Notes under the pieces: model-generated | Databases searched by the model: none | The model's input: the letters and a program-made list of their open reading frames with translations, nothing else | What the model was told of the DNA's origin: nothing | Shown: positions 31,025-41,712 of the stretch, one piece after another | Layout of the letters: each line of letters begins with the position of its first letter | Position numbering within the stretch: position 1 is the first letter of the stretch | Origin: Phycisphaerae bacterium | GTDB lineage: Bacteria; Planctomycetota; Phycisphaerae; UBA1845 | Reading direction: 5' to 3' | Assembly (NCBI GenBank): GCA_963666835.2 | Contig: CAXXGO010000001.1 | Location: 1,728,001 to 1,792,000 of the forward strand | DNA length: 64,000 nucleotides | Translations under genes and position numbers: made by a program

Positions 31025-31095
31025 GTCACCACCGCAACGATGGGAAAGGACGGGCTTCCAGCCATCCGAAGAACCAGGCTGATACCCATTCTGCC

Positions 31096-31204
31096 GGGTG
31101 CCATGGCCCACGCTTGCGTGGCCATGAACGATGGGGGCGACTACGGCTGGGTGCGTGGGTGCCCGCGTCACGCCCCACGGGCCAACAAGTTGTCCCGTGA
31201 CACC
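31096..31204. repeat. Inverted pair of GGTG-type palindromic REP-like elements
   Basis: GGGTGCCATGGCCCACGCTTGCGTGGCCATG and CACGGGCCAACAAGTTGTCCCGTGACACC. Confidence 0.5.
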
Positions 31205-31239
31205 TTCGTGTCACCCCTCGTGGGACATCGGTGGCGGGC

Positions 31240-31269
31240 GTGGGGCACGGTCGAGGCGCGAGACCTGCC
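31240..31269 (+). repeat. GTAG-type REP copy (GTGG variant)
   Basis: GTGGGGCACGGTCGAGGCGCGAGACCTGCC; inverted partners at 31423, 31571 and 31719. Confidence 0.75.
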
Positions 31270-31393
31270 ATCACGCGTGGCACGGGCAGGGGTAGCTCGT
31301 GCGCAAAGCGTTTTATCGCGCACCTGGCGGTTTCGCGCGTCAGGCATGGACGCTCGCAGCTTGCGCGAGAAGGCCATTCCTACCGCAACCCGC

Positions 31394-31761
31394 GATCCTT
31401 ACGCGACATGCATTTCTTTTGTGGCAGGTATCGTACCTCGACCTGCCCTACAAAAGGTTACACCGATGAGGCACACGCCTACTATGGTTTTGCACTGCTT
31501 ATGAGCAAGGGCGCACCCGGAAATCCGGGTGTGACGGCGCACCAGATCCTCGCGCGACATGCGTTTTTGCGGCAGGTCTCGTACCTCGACCTGCCCTACA
31601 GAAGGTGACACCGATGAGGCACACGCCTACTATGGTTTTGCACTGCTTATGAGCAAGGGCGCACCCGGAAATCCGGGTGTGACGGCGCACCAGATCCTCG
31701 CGCGACATGCGTTTTTGCGGCAGGTCTCGTACCTCGACCTGCCCTACAGAAGGTGACACCG
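31394..31761. repeat. 148-bp tandem duplication (2 identical copies plus a degenerate partial copy), each with a REP
   Basis: CACCG recurs at 31461, 31609 and 31757 with identical intervening sequence; each unit has GGCAGGTCTCGTACCTCGACCTGCCCTAC and the hairpin CACCCGG-AAAT-CCGGGTG. Confidence 0.92.
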
Positions 31762-31853
31762 GTTACGCATACGCCCGCTGCGCGTTTATGCGAACGCCAT
31801 GAATAATCCGGCCTGACTCTGCAAACAGCCCGTTGGGCTCAGGGCTCTTGCGC

Positions 31854-33374
31854 CTACTGAGCCGCCTGTGCCGCCGGAAGGAAGACCAGCGTGACCGCAA
31901 TGAAGATGGGCACGAGGATCGCGATGCTGTAGAGCATGTAGCCGAAGAAGCTCGGCATCCGAATGCCCGACTGTTCCGCGATGCTCTTGACCATGAAGTT
32001 CGGACCGTTGCCGATGTAGGTCATCGCCCCCATGAACACCGCTCCCAGCGAGATGGCTACCAGCATGCCCTTCAAGATCATGCCACCGTCGGCCAGGGCC
32101 ACCACGTTGGTCGCCCCCTCCGGTGTCATTGTTGTAGCAGTCTCGAAGAAGACCACGTAGGTCGGCGCGTTGTCCAGGAAGCTCGATAAGGCTCCGGTTG
32201 CCCAATAGAACCGCATGGGCGAACTCAGCAGCGGTTCCAAGGTCGCCCCGCTGGCCCGGAGAATCTCGATCGGAGCCTGCATGCAGATGAAGATCCCGAT
32301 GAACAGCGCCGCGACCTCCAAAATTGCATGGTAGTTGAACTGGTTGTCCTCTCGGATCTTCTTACTGGTCCACTTCAGCGAGAACACGACCAGAAGCAGC
32401 ATGAGTAGTTCCCGCATGAATGGGAACACCTTGAAGCCCAGCACGGGGAACTCCTCGCCCGGCTTGACCATTCCGACGCAGAGCACGACGCCGAGCAGCC
32501 ATAGGAGGTTCAGCTTGCCGGACAAACGCAGCTTCGTTCGCTCCGTCTCGTCCCGCTGGATGTCTTTGGGCGACTCCTTGCGGTAGGCCGTCGTGTCCCA
32601 GACGAAGTAGACGATCAGCAGTACGATGCAGGTGACCGCCCAGGGCGCCCACAGCCCCAACGTCCACAGGAAGGGAACTCCCTTCAGGTAGCCCAAAAAC
32701 AGCGGCGGATCTCCGATCGGCAAGAGGCAGCCCCCGATGTTGCTAACCAAAAAGATGAAGAAGATCACCGTATGCTTGACGTGCTTTCGCTCGGAGTTCG
32801 TCTGCAACAGCGGGCGGATCAGAAGCATGCTGGCGCCGGTCGTTCCGATGAAGCTGGCAATTCCCGCCCCCACGGCCAAAAACGCTGTGTTCGTGCCCGG
32901 GTGGGCCGCGAGGTCACCTTTAAGCGAGATTCCCCCGCTTATCACATACAGCGAGAACAGCAGCACAATGAAGGGAATATATTCCGCCAGAACGGCGTGT
33001 TCGAGGATGCTGACGACCTTGCCCGCGCCGTAGGAGAGCAAGTAGTACGTCAGGGTAATCGCGCCGAAGCAGAGGGCTACGACAAGTCGATTCTGGTTGC
33101 TCTCCCACCAATGCTCGGTAGCTCCGATCAGCGGCAGAATGGCAATCGCCAATAACAGCCCGGCAAACGGGATGATGGACCACATCGCCGGCGCGTGCGC
33201 ATGAGCATGTCCTGCGGCTTCGTGATGGCCACCGCCGTGGCTGGTAAACGAGGTGTGCATCAGCAACGCCAGTCCGATGACTGCCAGGCCGATCGCCGCC
33301 CACTGCAAACCGGAGAGCTTCACCGGATGATGATGAGAATCGTGCATATCAGACATGCTTAAGCTGGCATCCAC
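31854..33374 (-). CDS. IT-superfamily transporter (CitMHS_2 / 'sodium:proton antiporter' type) with His-rich N-terminus
   Basis: [51 protein letters not shown]. Confidence 0.85.
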   Translation of the reverse strand: MDASLSMSDMHDSHHHPVKLSGLQWAAIGLAVIGLALLMHTSFTSHGGGHHEAAGHAHAHAPAMWSIIPFAGLLLAIAILPLIGATEHWWESNQNRLVVALCFGAITLTYYLLSYGAGKVVSILEHAVLAEYIPFIVLLFSLYVISGGISLKGDLAAHPGTNTAFLAVGAGIASFIGTTGASMLLIRPLLQTNSERKHVKHTVIFFIFLVSNIGGCLLPIGDPPLFLGYLKGVPFLWTLGLWAPWAVTCIVLLIVYFVWDTTAYRKESPKDIQRDETERTKLRLSGKLNLLWLLGVVLCVGMVKPGEEFPVLGFKVFPFMRELLMLLLVVFSLKWTSKKIREDNQFNYHAILEVAALFIGIFICMQAPIEILRASGATLEPLLSSPMRFYWATGALSSFLDNAPTYVVFFETATTMTPEGATNVVALADGGMILKGMLVAISLGAVFMGAMTYIGNGPNFMVKSIAEQSGIRMPSFFGYMLYSIAILVPIFIAVTLVFLPAAQAAQ

Positions 33375-33843
33375 GCTCGTCTACTCCTTCTCTGCCTGCG
33401 GGAAAGGAGGTGCCGCCGACCCGCCGAGTCGGACCGCGTCATCACGACGAGCAAACTGTTATAGAAGCTGACCTTGCCGCGTCGCTGCCGAGCCGGGCAC
33501 ACCCCGAGATTACCGGTTCATCTGTATCGGCAATCGCGGCGACACACATTCCCACTGTCTTGGCGGCTCTCGATAATCCGCCTTCAAGGCCGACCAAGCC
33601 GCGCATTCTGACCGATCCGTTCGTATAAATCCACGGGGTGAAACGAGAAGTTGGTCTGCTCTGCCGATTTAGAATTCGTCCGCCGTCCGGGTCGGTTGAG
33701 GTTCTGCAGGAGGGATCGGGGCGGAGACCGTTTCCGGTTTGACCGGTCACTTGGCCGGTTAATACTTGGGGCGTTGTCTCGTGGTAGTTGAGCTCGTGGG
33801 CTCGGGAATACCCGAACCGGATATCTCGTTGGAGGACCTTCTG

Positions 33844-36246
33844 ATGTGGCGTTGCGGAATATTGGCGATTGTCGTCCTTCTGGTCCCAGGTTGTTTCATC
33901 TTCCCGTGGCTAATCCCGGACGGATCGGGTGGGGATGCAACCGGATCTCCAGAATTGAAACAATTTGAATCAGAACAGGAACTTGGGGAGTATTTGACGG
34001 GACAGATCAAGGCCCGGAACTCTCAAGTTGATGACCTATCTAGGGCGCAGGGTGATTCCGACGACGCTGTGGAAGCGCTGGATGCCCCGAACGCCGATAC
34101 CGGGGCTGTCGACGGGGCTGGCGGTGAGGCCGCGCCGACTGCCGACGCCGAGTCTTCGGACGAGTCCTACTCGCAGACGACGACCCAGGAGGTCGGCGTG
34201 GATGAGGCGGACGTCGTCAAGACCGACGGTTCGTACATCTACACCATCCAGGATGAGATCCTCAGGATTGTTCAGGTCGATCCGCGGGAGGCGCTTAGCG
34301 TAGTCGCTGAAGAGGAGGTGGAGGGCTACGGGCGCGAGCTGTACCTATACGACGGGAAGGTCGTGGTGATTACCGACACCGGCGGTTACTTCCACTATGT
34401 CGGGAGTGTAAGCAACGCGACCGAGCCGGCGGTGGTCGATACCGAAGTGGTCGAAGATCCGGCTGTTGGCGATAGCGGCGAGGGAAGTGCCACGTCCGGT
34501 GACGATGGTGATGCTGATGACGATGACGCGGACGCTGACGAGGGCGATAGCCCCGCGTCCGGTGACGATGGCGATGCTGATGATGACCAGGATGGTGATG
34601 AGGAAGACGACGCGGAAGACCGTGAAGATGATCCGAAGCCGGACGAGGAGACCCCGGACGGAGCGGAGCCGGCGGTCGATCCATACTTCGATGACTACGT
34701 GTATGAACGGCCGCAGACCGTTGTGACGATCTACGACGTGTCGGTGCCGAGTAGCCCGGTCCGCTTGTCCCAGATTTCTTTTGATGGTACGCAGTCCTCG
34801 AGCCGGATGATCGACGGGGTGCTGCATCTGGTGTTGGCCAACTACCAGTCGTACTACTACGACGTGCTCCCCCGACTGGGCAGCGAGGAGTTGGATGTAA
34901 CCGATATCGAGGTCGAGGAGCTGCTTCCGGGGTATTCCAAGATCGACGCCGACGGCGTTGAGACGAGCGGGCAGGTCCTCGGATGGGAGAACATGTACCG
35001 GCCGACCGACCCGGACGGGTTCGGCGTGGTGGTAGTGGTCAGCCTCGACGTGGCGGAGAGGGATGCGGGATTCAGCGCGGCCGGGATCGTTGCGGAACCC
35101 GGGCTCGTCTACTCCTCGCTGGAGGCGCTCTATCTGACGGATACGCAGTGGGACTACTTCGGCAACGAGCGCACGACCACCGACATCTACAAGCTGGACT
35201 ACGAAGGACGCGGCGCGGTGCCGGTGGCCACGGGTTCGGTCTCAGGTCGAGTGCTGAACCAGTACTCTATGGGCGAGTCCGACGGGTTCTTCCGAGTGGC
35301 GACTACCTCCGGTTCGGACTTCTGGTGGGGCGGTTCGGAACAGTCCAACAACGTCTACGTTCTTGAACAGACGGGGGACAGTCTGGTCGTAGCCGGCCGG
35401 ATTGAGGACATTGCTCCGGGTGAGGAGATCATGTCGGCGCGGTTCATCGGTGACCGGGGCTATCTCGTGACGTTCGAGCAGATTGACCCGTTGTTCACCC
35501 TCGATTTGACGAATCCGCGCAATCCGCAGGTTGTTGGTGAACTGAAGGTGCCGGGCTTCTCGACGTTCATCGTGCCGATGGACGACGATCACGTGCTGAC
35601 CGTAGGGCAATACATCCCGGAGGATGAGTGGAGCTGGGCGTGGGGCGTGCAGCTTTCCATCTTCGACGTTTCCGACTTCGCGAACCCGACCCTCAGCCAT
35701 AAGGTTGTAGTAGGCGAGGATGGCGGTGCCACGTCGGAGGCCCTCTACAATCCGAAGGCGTTTACCTACTATGCCGCGGAAGGACTGATCGCGCTGCCCG
35801 TCCAGTTGTATGGCTATGTGGACATCTTCCTGGACGAGGACGGTGCCGTCACTGATAACGATGTCGCGGTGGACGTTGAGCCGGACGAGGGGCAGGCGGA
35901 TTCCGACGACGATGTTGTCACCGAACCCGCCGTGTCCGTTGATACGATCGCCGCTGAGAATGACGAGTTCATCGGTGTGGTGGTCTATCGAGTATCCGCC
36001 GAGGCCGGGTTTGAAGAGCTTGGCCGGATCGATACGCAGTACTACGACTACTGGTACTACTGGACCCCGTTCACCAGAGGGGTGTTTATCGAGGACGATG
36101 TCTTCGCAGTTACCAGTGAGGGCGTCCGGGGAGCACCGGTGAGCGACATCGCCAGCTTGCCCTACGAGTTGATCTTCGATACGGAAGAGACCGAAGAACC
36201 CGAGGCGGTTTCGCCGGAAGATGAAAGCGTTTCGGATGTGGAATAA
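33844..36246 (+). CDS. Secreted/lipoprotein beta-propeller domain protein with Asp-rich insert
   Basis: GGAGG RBS; lipobox-like LVPGC; YSQTTTQEVGVDEADVVKTDG, LNQYSM, FEQIDPLF, GELKVPGFS. Confidence 0.88.
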   Translation: MWRCGILAIVVLLVPGCFIFPWLIPDGSGGDATGSPELKQFESEQELGEYLTGQIKARNSQVDDLSRAQGDSDDAVEALDAPNADTGAVDGAGGEAAPTADAESSDESYSQTTTQEVGVDEADVVKTDGSYIYTIQDEILRIVQVDPREALSVVAEEEVEGYGRELYLYDGKVVVITDTGGYFHYVGSVSNATEPAVVDTEVVEDPAVGDSGEGSATSGDDGDADDDDADADEGDSPASGDDGDADDDQDGDEEDDAEDREDDPKPDEETPDGAEPAVDPYFDDYVYERPQTVVTIYDVSVPSSPVRLSQISFDGTQSSSRMIDGVLHLVLANYQSYYYDVLPRLGSEELDVTDIEVEELLPGYSKIDADGVETSGQVLGWENMYRPTDPDGFGVVVVVSLDVAERDAGFSAAGIVAEPGLVYSSLEALYLTDTQWDYFGNERTTTDIYKLDYEGRGAVPVATGSVSGRVLNQYSMGESDGFFRVATTSGSDFWWGGSEQSNNVYVLEQTGDSLVVAGRIEDIAPGEEIMSARFIGDRGYLVTFEQIDPLFTLDLTNPRNPQVVGELKVPGFSTFIVPMDDDHVLTVGQYIPEDEWSWAWGVQLSIFDVSDFANPTLSHKVVVGEDGGATSEALYNPKAFTYYAAEGLIALPVQLYGYVDIFLDEDGAVTDNDVAVDVEPDEGQADSDDDVVTEPAVSVDTIAAENDEFIGVVVYRVSAEAGFEELGRIDTQYYDYWYYWTPFTRGVFIEDDVFAVTSEGVRGAPVSDIASLPYELIFDTEETEEPEAVSPEDESVSDVE

Positions 36247-36500
36247 CCTCTGACCTCCTGTGACCGACTGCGCGGTGCTCCCCGACGGCGTCTAAGCGTC
36301 GGGTTGAGCACCGCGTTGTCGTTTGCGGGAATCGCACCCTCCCGGCAAGGGCGAGCGACGTCGTGTCGCCGCCTGCAACGGGACATCCCGGCATTGCCCG
36401 ATTCTTCTCCACACCCCAGATACAAAATGCCCGCCTCAGCGTATCATCGCGGCCGCAGATGGTCTGCAGAGTTCGGTACCTGATGACAGTGTCGCGGACA

Positions 36501-37442
36501 ATGCAAAATAATGCCGACGACGCCTCGACGGCGCGGACCGGAGTGGCGTACGGACTGGCGGCCTTCCTCTGGTGGGGGATGGTCCCCGTCTATTTCAAGG
36601 CGGTTTCCCACGTTCCCCCCGGGGAGGTGCTTGCTCATCGGATCATCTGGTCGGTGGTGCTGCTGGTCCTTATGATGCGGTTCCAGGGTCGACACGGGGC
36701 CGGCCCGGCGGCTCTGCGGGATCGGTCAACTCTGATCACGCTTTTGGTAACAACACTTCTGATTGCCCTGAACTGGTTCGTTTTCATCTGGGCGGTGGAT
36801 AATGGCCAGCTTCTCGAAGCCAGCCTCGGCTATTTCATCAACCCTTTGGTGAATGTGTTGCTCGGGGTCGTCTTTCTGCGAGAGCGTTTGCGCAAATGGC
36901 AGACGATCAGCGTGCTGCTGGCAGCTCTGGCGGTTGGATATCTGACGGTGACTCACGGCCGACTGCCGTTAGTCGCCTTGGTTCTGGCCGGTTCCTTCGG
37001 GTTCTACGGCCTGCTCCGTAAGACCGCCAAAGTTGATGCGCTGGTGGGGCTGACGGTGGAGACAACTCTGTTGTTTCCACTGGCGTTGGCGTATCTGGGC
37101 TTGCAGGCCTGGCGCCACGAGTGCGTGTTCGCAACAGTGTCACGCGGGACGGATCTTCTCCTTATGGCCGGTGGGATCGTGACGGCCGTTCCGTTGTTGT
37201 GGTTCGCGAACGCTGCACGGAGACTCCGGCTGTCGACAATCGGCTTCATGCAGTACATTGCCCCGACCGGACAGTTCCTGTTGGCCGTGATGGCTTTCGG
37301 TGAGAGTTTCACGCGGGCCCACCTGATCAGCTTCGTCGTGATCTGGTCGGCCTTGGTTATCTACTCTGTTGATACCGCGGCGCAAGCACCGGCAAAGCGC
37401 CGACCCAGCGCCGAATCACCGGAGCCTGCGGACGCTCGTTGA
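36501..37442 (+). CDS. rarD: EamA-family permease RarD
   Basis: EVLAHRIIWS, EASLGYFINPLVN, GFMQYIAPT. Confidence 0.93.
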   Translation: MQNNADDASTARTGVAYGLAAFLWWGMVPVYFKAVSHVPPGEVLAHRIIWSVVLLVLMMRFQGRHGAGPAALRDRSTLITLLVTTLLIALNWFVFIWAVDNGQLLEASLGYFINPLVNVLLGVVFLRERLRKWQTISVLLAALAVGYLTVTHGRLPLVALVLAGSFGFYGLLRKTAKVDALVGLTVETTLLFPLALAYLGLQAWRHECVFATVSRGTDLLLMAGGIVTAVPLLWFANAARRLRLSTIGFMQYIAPTGQFLLAVMAFGESFTRAHLISFVVIWSALVIYSVDTAAQAPAKRRPSAESPEPADAR

Positions 37443-37475
37443 CCTTGAGACGGTCAGCGGAGCGGCTCGGCTCGG

Positions 37476-39299
37476 TCACTCTACCGTTACGCTTTTGGCC
37501 AGATTACGCGGCTTATCCACGTTGCAGCCGCGTAGGACGGCCGCGTGGTACGCGATAAGCTGTAACGGGATAGCGGTGAGAAGCGGCTGCAGCGGCTCGA
37601 GGGTGTCGGGGACGTACAGCACGTGGTCTGCTACATGGGCTATTTCCGTATCGCCCTCGGTGGCGATGGCGATCACACTTCCGCCCCGGCTGCGAACCTC
37701 GGAGATGTTGTTGAGGATCTTTCCGTACTGGGTCCCCGCGGTCGCGATGACTACGACGGGCATCCCTTCGGTGATCAGCGCGATCGGGCCGTGTTTCATC
37801 TCGGCGGCGGGCAGCCCCTCGGCATGGATGTAGCTGATCTCCTTCAGTTTGAGAGCTCCCTCGAGCGCTACGGGGTAGTTGTACCCCCGGCCGAGATACA
37901 GCCAGTTGTCCCGCTCGACGTACCGCTCGGCAACGGCCTTGGCTTCGTCGGCATGCTTCAAAAGGTGACGCATCTGGTCCGGGATCCGCGAAAGCGCCGT
38001 GATGAACTGGGTTGCCGAGGTCGGAGAAAGGTGCTTTCGCCGCCCCAGATGGCACGCGATTAGACTGAGCACCGCCAATTGTCCCGTGAACGCTTTCGTG
38101 CTGGCTACTCCGATCTCCGGGCCGACGTGCAGGTAGACGCCGGCGTCCGACTCGCGGGCAATGGAAGAGCCGACGACGTTCACCACGCCGAGGGTTAACG
38201 CTCCCCGCTCTTTCGCCTCGGTTAGCGCAGCGTAGGTGTCGGCCGTTTCGCCACTTTGGGAGATGGCGACGACTACGGTTCCGTCGTCGATGATCGGGTT
38301 GCGATATCTGAATTCGCTGGCGTATTCAGTCTCGGTCGGCACTCGGGCCAGTTCTTCGAACAAGTACTCACCGACCAGACCGGCATGCCAGGCGGTGCCG
38401 CACGCAGTCATGATGATGTGCTTGGCCCGGGTCAACTCGCGCGCGCAATCGACGAGTCCGCCCAGATGAACCGCCCCCTCGCGGAGATCGATTCGCCCTC
38501 GCAGGCAAGTCTCCAGGGCCGCCGGTTGCTCGAATATCTCCTTGAGCATGAAATGGTCGTAACCCGCCAGCTCGATCTGCTCGAGGGACCACTCGATCTC
38601 CTGAACGTCACGAGCAACCGGAGCGGCGTCGAGCGTGGTCAGGCGCAGATCGTCGGCTGTCATTCGGACCATTTCCCCGTCCCCGAGGTAGATGACCTGA
38701 GTCGTGTGAGCCAGCACCGCGGCCGCATCGGATGCGAGGAGGTTCTCTCCCTTCCCAACGCCGATGATAAGCGGGCTGCCCTGACGCGCCGCGATGATGA
38801 CGTCCGGCTCGTCCGCCGAGACGACGGCAATCCCATACGTTCCCGTCACCTCGCGCAAAGCCTGCCGAACCGCCAGCTCCAGATCACCGTCATAAAAGTG
38901 GGCGATCAGTTGAGCGAGGACCTCGGTGTCGGTCTCGCTCCGGAACTTCACACCGCGTTGTTCTAAATAAGTACGCAACGCGCGGTCGTTTTCTATGATC
39001 CCGTTGTGGATAACCGCGATCTTCCCTGAGCTGTCCTGATGAGGATGGGCGTTTATGTCCGTCGGGGCGCCATGTGTGGCCCAGCGAGTGTGGCCCAATC
39101 CGCGCGTGTGCTCGTCGCTATAATCCACGATCCGCTCAAGAGCGGAGATCCGCCCAGCGGACTTGGTAACCCTGACGCCGTTCTCGTCGACCAAGGCCAC
39201 GCCGGCGGAATCGTAGCCCCGGTACTCCAGGCGGCGAAGTCCTTCCATGAGGATCGGCAGAGCCGGTTTGCGGCCGATGTACCCGATAATCCCACACAT
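37476..39299 (-). CDS. glmS: Glutamine--fructose-6-phosphate transaminase
   Basis: MCGIIG, HTRWATHG, SQSGETADT, C-terminal PRNLAKSVTVE. Confidence 0.98.
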   Translation of the reverse strand: MCGIIGYIGRKPALPILMEGLRRLEYRGYDSAGVALVDENGVRVTKSAGRISALERIVDYSDEHTRGLGHTRWATHGAPTDINAHPHQDSSGKIAVIHNGIIENDRALRTYLEQRGVKFRSETDTEVLAQLIAHFYDGDLELAVRQALREVTGTYGIAVVSADEPDVIIAARQGSPLIIGVGKGENLLASDAAAVLAHTTQVIYLGDGEMVRMTADDLRLTTLDAAPVARDVQEIEWSLEQIELAGYDHFMLKEIFEQPAALETCLRGRIDLREGAVHLGGLVDCARELTRAKHIIMTACGTAWHAGLVGEYLFEELARVPTETEYASEFRYRNPIIDDGTVVVAISQSGETADTYAALTEAKERGALTLGVVNVVGSSIARESDAGVYLHVGPEIGVASTKAFTGQLAVLSLIACHLGRRKHLSPTSATQFITALSRIPDQMRHLLKHADEAKAVAERYVERDNWLYLGRGYNYPVALEGALKLKEISYIHAEGLPAAEMKHGPIALITEGMPVVVIATAGTQYGKILNNISEVRSRGGSVIAIATEGDTEIAHVADHVLYVPDTLEPLQPLLTAIPLQLIAYHAAVLRGCNVDKPRNLAKSVTVE

Positions 39300-39532
39300 A
39301 AGCTGCTCCTCACCGTTGGTTCGCTCCGGACCGAACGGGGCCGGAAGGTCGACGCGTTTCGGCCGGGGTCAGTACGCTCCCCGGTCCTCGGCCCGCACTT
39401 ATTATCGGCACACGGGTGCTCGAACGCAAAGACGGCGATCCAGGGCCTGGAAAGCGGACTGTGGCCGTTCCGGGGCACCCCGCGACGAACGCCGGCCGAA
39501 GTCTTATAATCCCGCTACTAGGGAGCACGAAA

Positions 39533-40867
39533 CTGGACCTTTTTGCCGACCAACGCCGAGATAACCGAAACCGGGCCGAACCGCTGGCCGTGCGTATGCG
39601 GCCCGTGACGCTGGACGAATTCGTCGGGCAAGGGGCGTTTGTCGGCGAAGGGAAGCTCCTGCGGAGGATGCTGGAGGCCGACCGGATCGCCAGCGCGCTG
39701 TTCTATGGCCCGCCCGGTTCAGGCAAGACCACGCTGGCTGGGATCATTGCCGCCACCACCCAGGCGCAGTTTGAGCAGGTGAACGCCGCTTCGGTCGGCG
39801 TGCGAGAGATTCGGGCGGTGCTCGCCGCCGCCCGTGATCGCCTCGAAGTCAGCGGCCGGCGTACCATCCTCTTCGTGGACGAGCTTCATCGTTTCAACCG
39901 CGCCCAGCAAGATGTGCTGCTCAACGATGTGGAGGACGGAGTGGTCATCCTGATCGGGGCCACGACGGAGAATCCGTTCTTTGCGGTCAACACCCCTCTT
40001 ATCTCGCGCAGCCAGATCTTCCGGTTCGAGCCGTTGTCGGAGGACGACATCAAGGCCCTCATGGCTCGGGCGCTCAGTGACGCCGACCGCGGGTTGGGAG
40101 AATTCCGTGCGAAGTTGACCGAGGAGGCGGCCGACCACCTGGCGGTGGTATCGGACGGGGATGCCCGGCGGGCCTTGACGGCCCTGGAGATTGCGGTGCT
40201 TTCTCAGGCGGACCGGGCGGGTGGCGAAGATGTCGTGGTCGATTTGCAGGTGGCGGCGGAGTCCATCCAGAGGAAGGCGCTGGCATACGATTCCGCCGGC
40301 GATTCTCACTACGATTCGATCAGCGCTTTGATCAAGTCCATCCGAGGGAGTGATCCGGACGCGGCGGTGTACTGGTTGGCGAGGATGTTGGAGGCGGGGG
40401 AGGATCCCCGGTTTGTCGCCCGGCGAGTCGTGATCAGCGCGGCCGAAGATATCGGTAATGCCGATCCGCAGGGTCTGGTACTTGCCCAGGCGGCGGCGGA
40501 TGCGACAATGCTGGTGGGTATGCCTGAGTGTCAGATCCTTCTGGCTCAGGCGGTTACCTACTTGGCGTGTGCTCCCAAGTCGAACTCCGCGGCGGCGGCA
40601 ATCTGGGCGGCGGCGGAAGATGTTCGATCGGGGCGAACGGTTCCGGTTCCCCGGCATCTGCGATCGACCGGATACGCCGGTGCGGCGGTGCTCGGATCGG
40701 GCGAGGGGTACCGGTATCCCCACGACGCCAAAGACGCTATAGTGGCCCAGGAGTATCTGGGCGTAGACCGGGAGTATTACACCCCGAGTGATCGTGGTGC
40801 CGAGGCGGCAATGCGAACGTACCTCGATAAGGTGCGTCGGCAACGCCGGGACACGAGCGACGCCTAG
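39533..40867 (+). CDS. rarA: Replication-associated recombination protein A
   Basis: PLAVRMRP, GPPGSGKTT, DELHRFNRAQQD, IKSIRGSDPDAA; probable CTG start. Confidence 0.95.
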   Translation: MDLFADQRRDNRNRAEPLAVRMRPVTLDEFVGQGAFVGEGKLLRRMLEADRIASALFYGPPGSGKTTLAGIIAATTQAQFEQVNAASVGVREIRAVLAAARDRLEVSGRRTILFVDELHRFNRAQQDVLLNDVEDGVVILIGATTENPFFAVNTPLISRSQIFRFEPLSEDDIKALMARALSDADRGLGEFRAKLTEEAADHLAVVSDGDARRALTALEIAVLSQADRAGGEDVVVDLQVAAESIQRKALAYDSAGDSHYDSISALIKSIRGSDPDAAVYWLARMLEAGEDPRFVARRVVISAAEDIGNADPQGLVLAQAAADATMLVGMPECQILLAQAVTYLACAPKSNSAAAAIWAAAEDVRSGRTVPVPRHLRSTGYAGAAVLGSGEGYRYPHDAKDAIVAQEYLGVDREYYTPSDRGAEAAMRTYLDKVRRQRRDTSDA

Positions 40868-40899
40868 GGGTCTACCGTAACTGCGCACGGGCGATTGCG

Positions 40900-41472
40900 T
40901 TGGCTGTAAAGAAAGAAACCCGAAACCGCATCCGGGCATTGTTGGCACAGCTCAGCCCGGACGAAATAAGCACGCGGTCACTGAGGGCATGCCACCGGCT
41001 GTTCGAGCAGCCTGAGTATGTCAAGGCGGAAGTGATCATGGTGTTCGTTGCGCTTGCCAACGAGATCGACACCGGCCCGCTGGTTCTGCGCGCCTGGCAA
41101 GACCAGAAACGCGTGTTGGTGCCGAAGGTCAGTTGGAACCAGCACCGGATGCTCCCGATCGAGATCCGCTCTTTGACCGAGGACCTGATGGTATCACCCA
41201 TGGGGATACGCGAGCCGGCCACCGGTATCCCGTTTCCCATCTCGTTGATTGACCTGGTGGTGTTGCCGGGGTTGGGCTTCGACGAGTACGGCAACCGCCT
41301 GGGTCGCGGTCGCGGTCTCTACGATCGGTTCCTGGCCAACGCCGAGTTCAAGGGGACCGCCTGCGCGTTGGCATTCGACCTGCAATTTGTTCCGAACCTC
41401 CCCGTCGGGCCGCTGGATCGCCAAGTCGACATGCTCGTCACCGACGAGCAGGTGCGTCGCTTCGGTTCGTGA
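40900..41472 (+). CDS. 5-formyltetrahydrofolate cyclo-ligase
   Basis: GIREP, VLPGLGFD..GNRLGRGRGLYDR. Confidence 0.92.
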   Translation: MAVKKETRNRIRALLAQLSPDEISTRSLRACHRLFEQPEYVKAEVIMVFVALANEIDTGPLVLRAWQDQKRVLVPKVSWNQHRMLPIEIRSLTEDLMVSPMGIREPATGIPFPISLIDLVVLPGLGFDEYGNRLGRGRGLYDRFLANAEFKGTACALAFDLQFVPNLPVGPLDRQVDMLVTDEQVRRFGS

Positions 41473-41527
41473 ACATCGTCTTGGTTTTGATCGCGTTGCT
41501 CTCCCGTTAGACTCAACTCGGGCCAAG

Positions 41528-41627
41528 TGGCCCGTCCTCTTGAATTCGGCGCGTGTTTCAATCCGTCGAGGGCTGGGTGGCCCGGTCCTCTTGAGTTTGG
41601 CGCGTGCTGTGAATCATCGAGGGTTGT
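41528..41627. repeat. Degenerate ~50-bp tandem repeat (2 copies)
   Basis: TGGCCC(G)GTCCTCTTGA.TT.GGCGCGTG...AATC..TCGAGGG occurs twice. Confidence 0.7.
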
Positions 41628-41712
41628 CAGAGCAGGGCGCATCGGCCCCGGGGGAGCCCATGATCCGCGCGTGTTGTCGATAGTGACGCGGTGGTGGCGC
41701 CGCCCGAGTAAG

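Noticed and set aside
31394..31761. CRISPR array
   Set aside because: The sequences between the 29-bp palindromes are identical 119-bp units rather than unique spacers, and no cas genes are present.
33380..33520. nhaA-I / Na+ or Li+ riboswitch upstream of the transporter
   Set aside because: Only partial resemblance (GGGTG, GGTCGG); the consensus cannot be confirmed without a covariance-model search.
39300..39420. glmS ribozyme
   Set aside because: The leader lacks the AGCGCC...GACGAGG core.
40860..40900. 6S RNA upstream of the 5-formyl-THF cyclo-ligase gene
   Set aside because: Only ~30 bp separate it from rarA.
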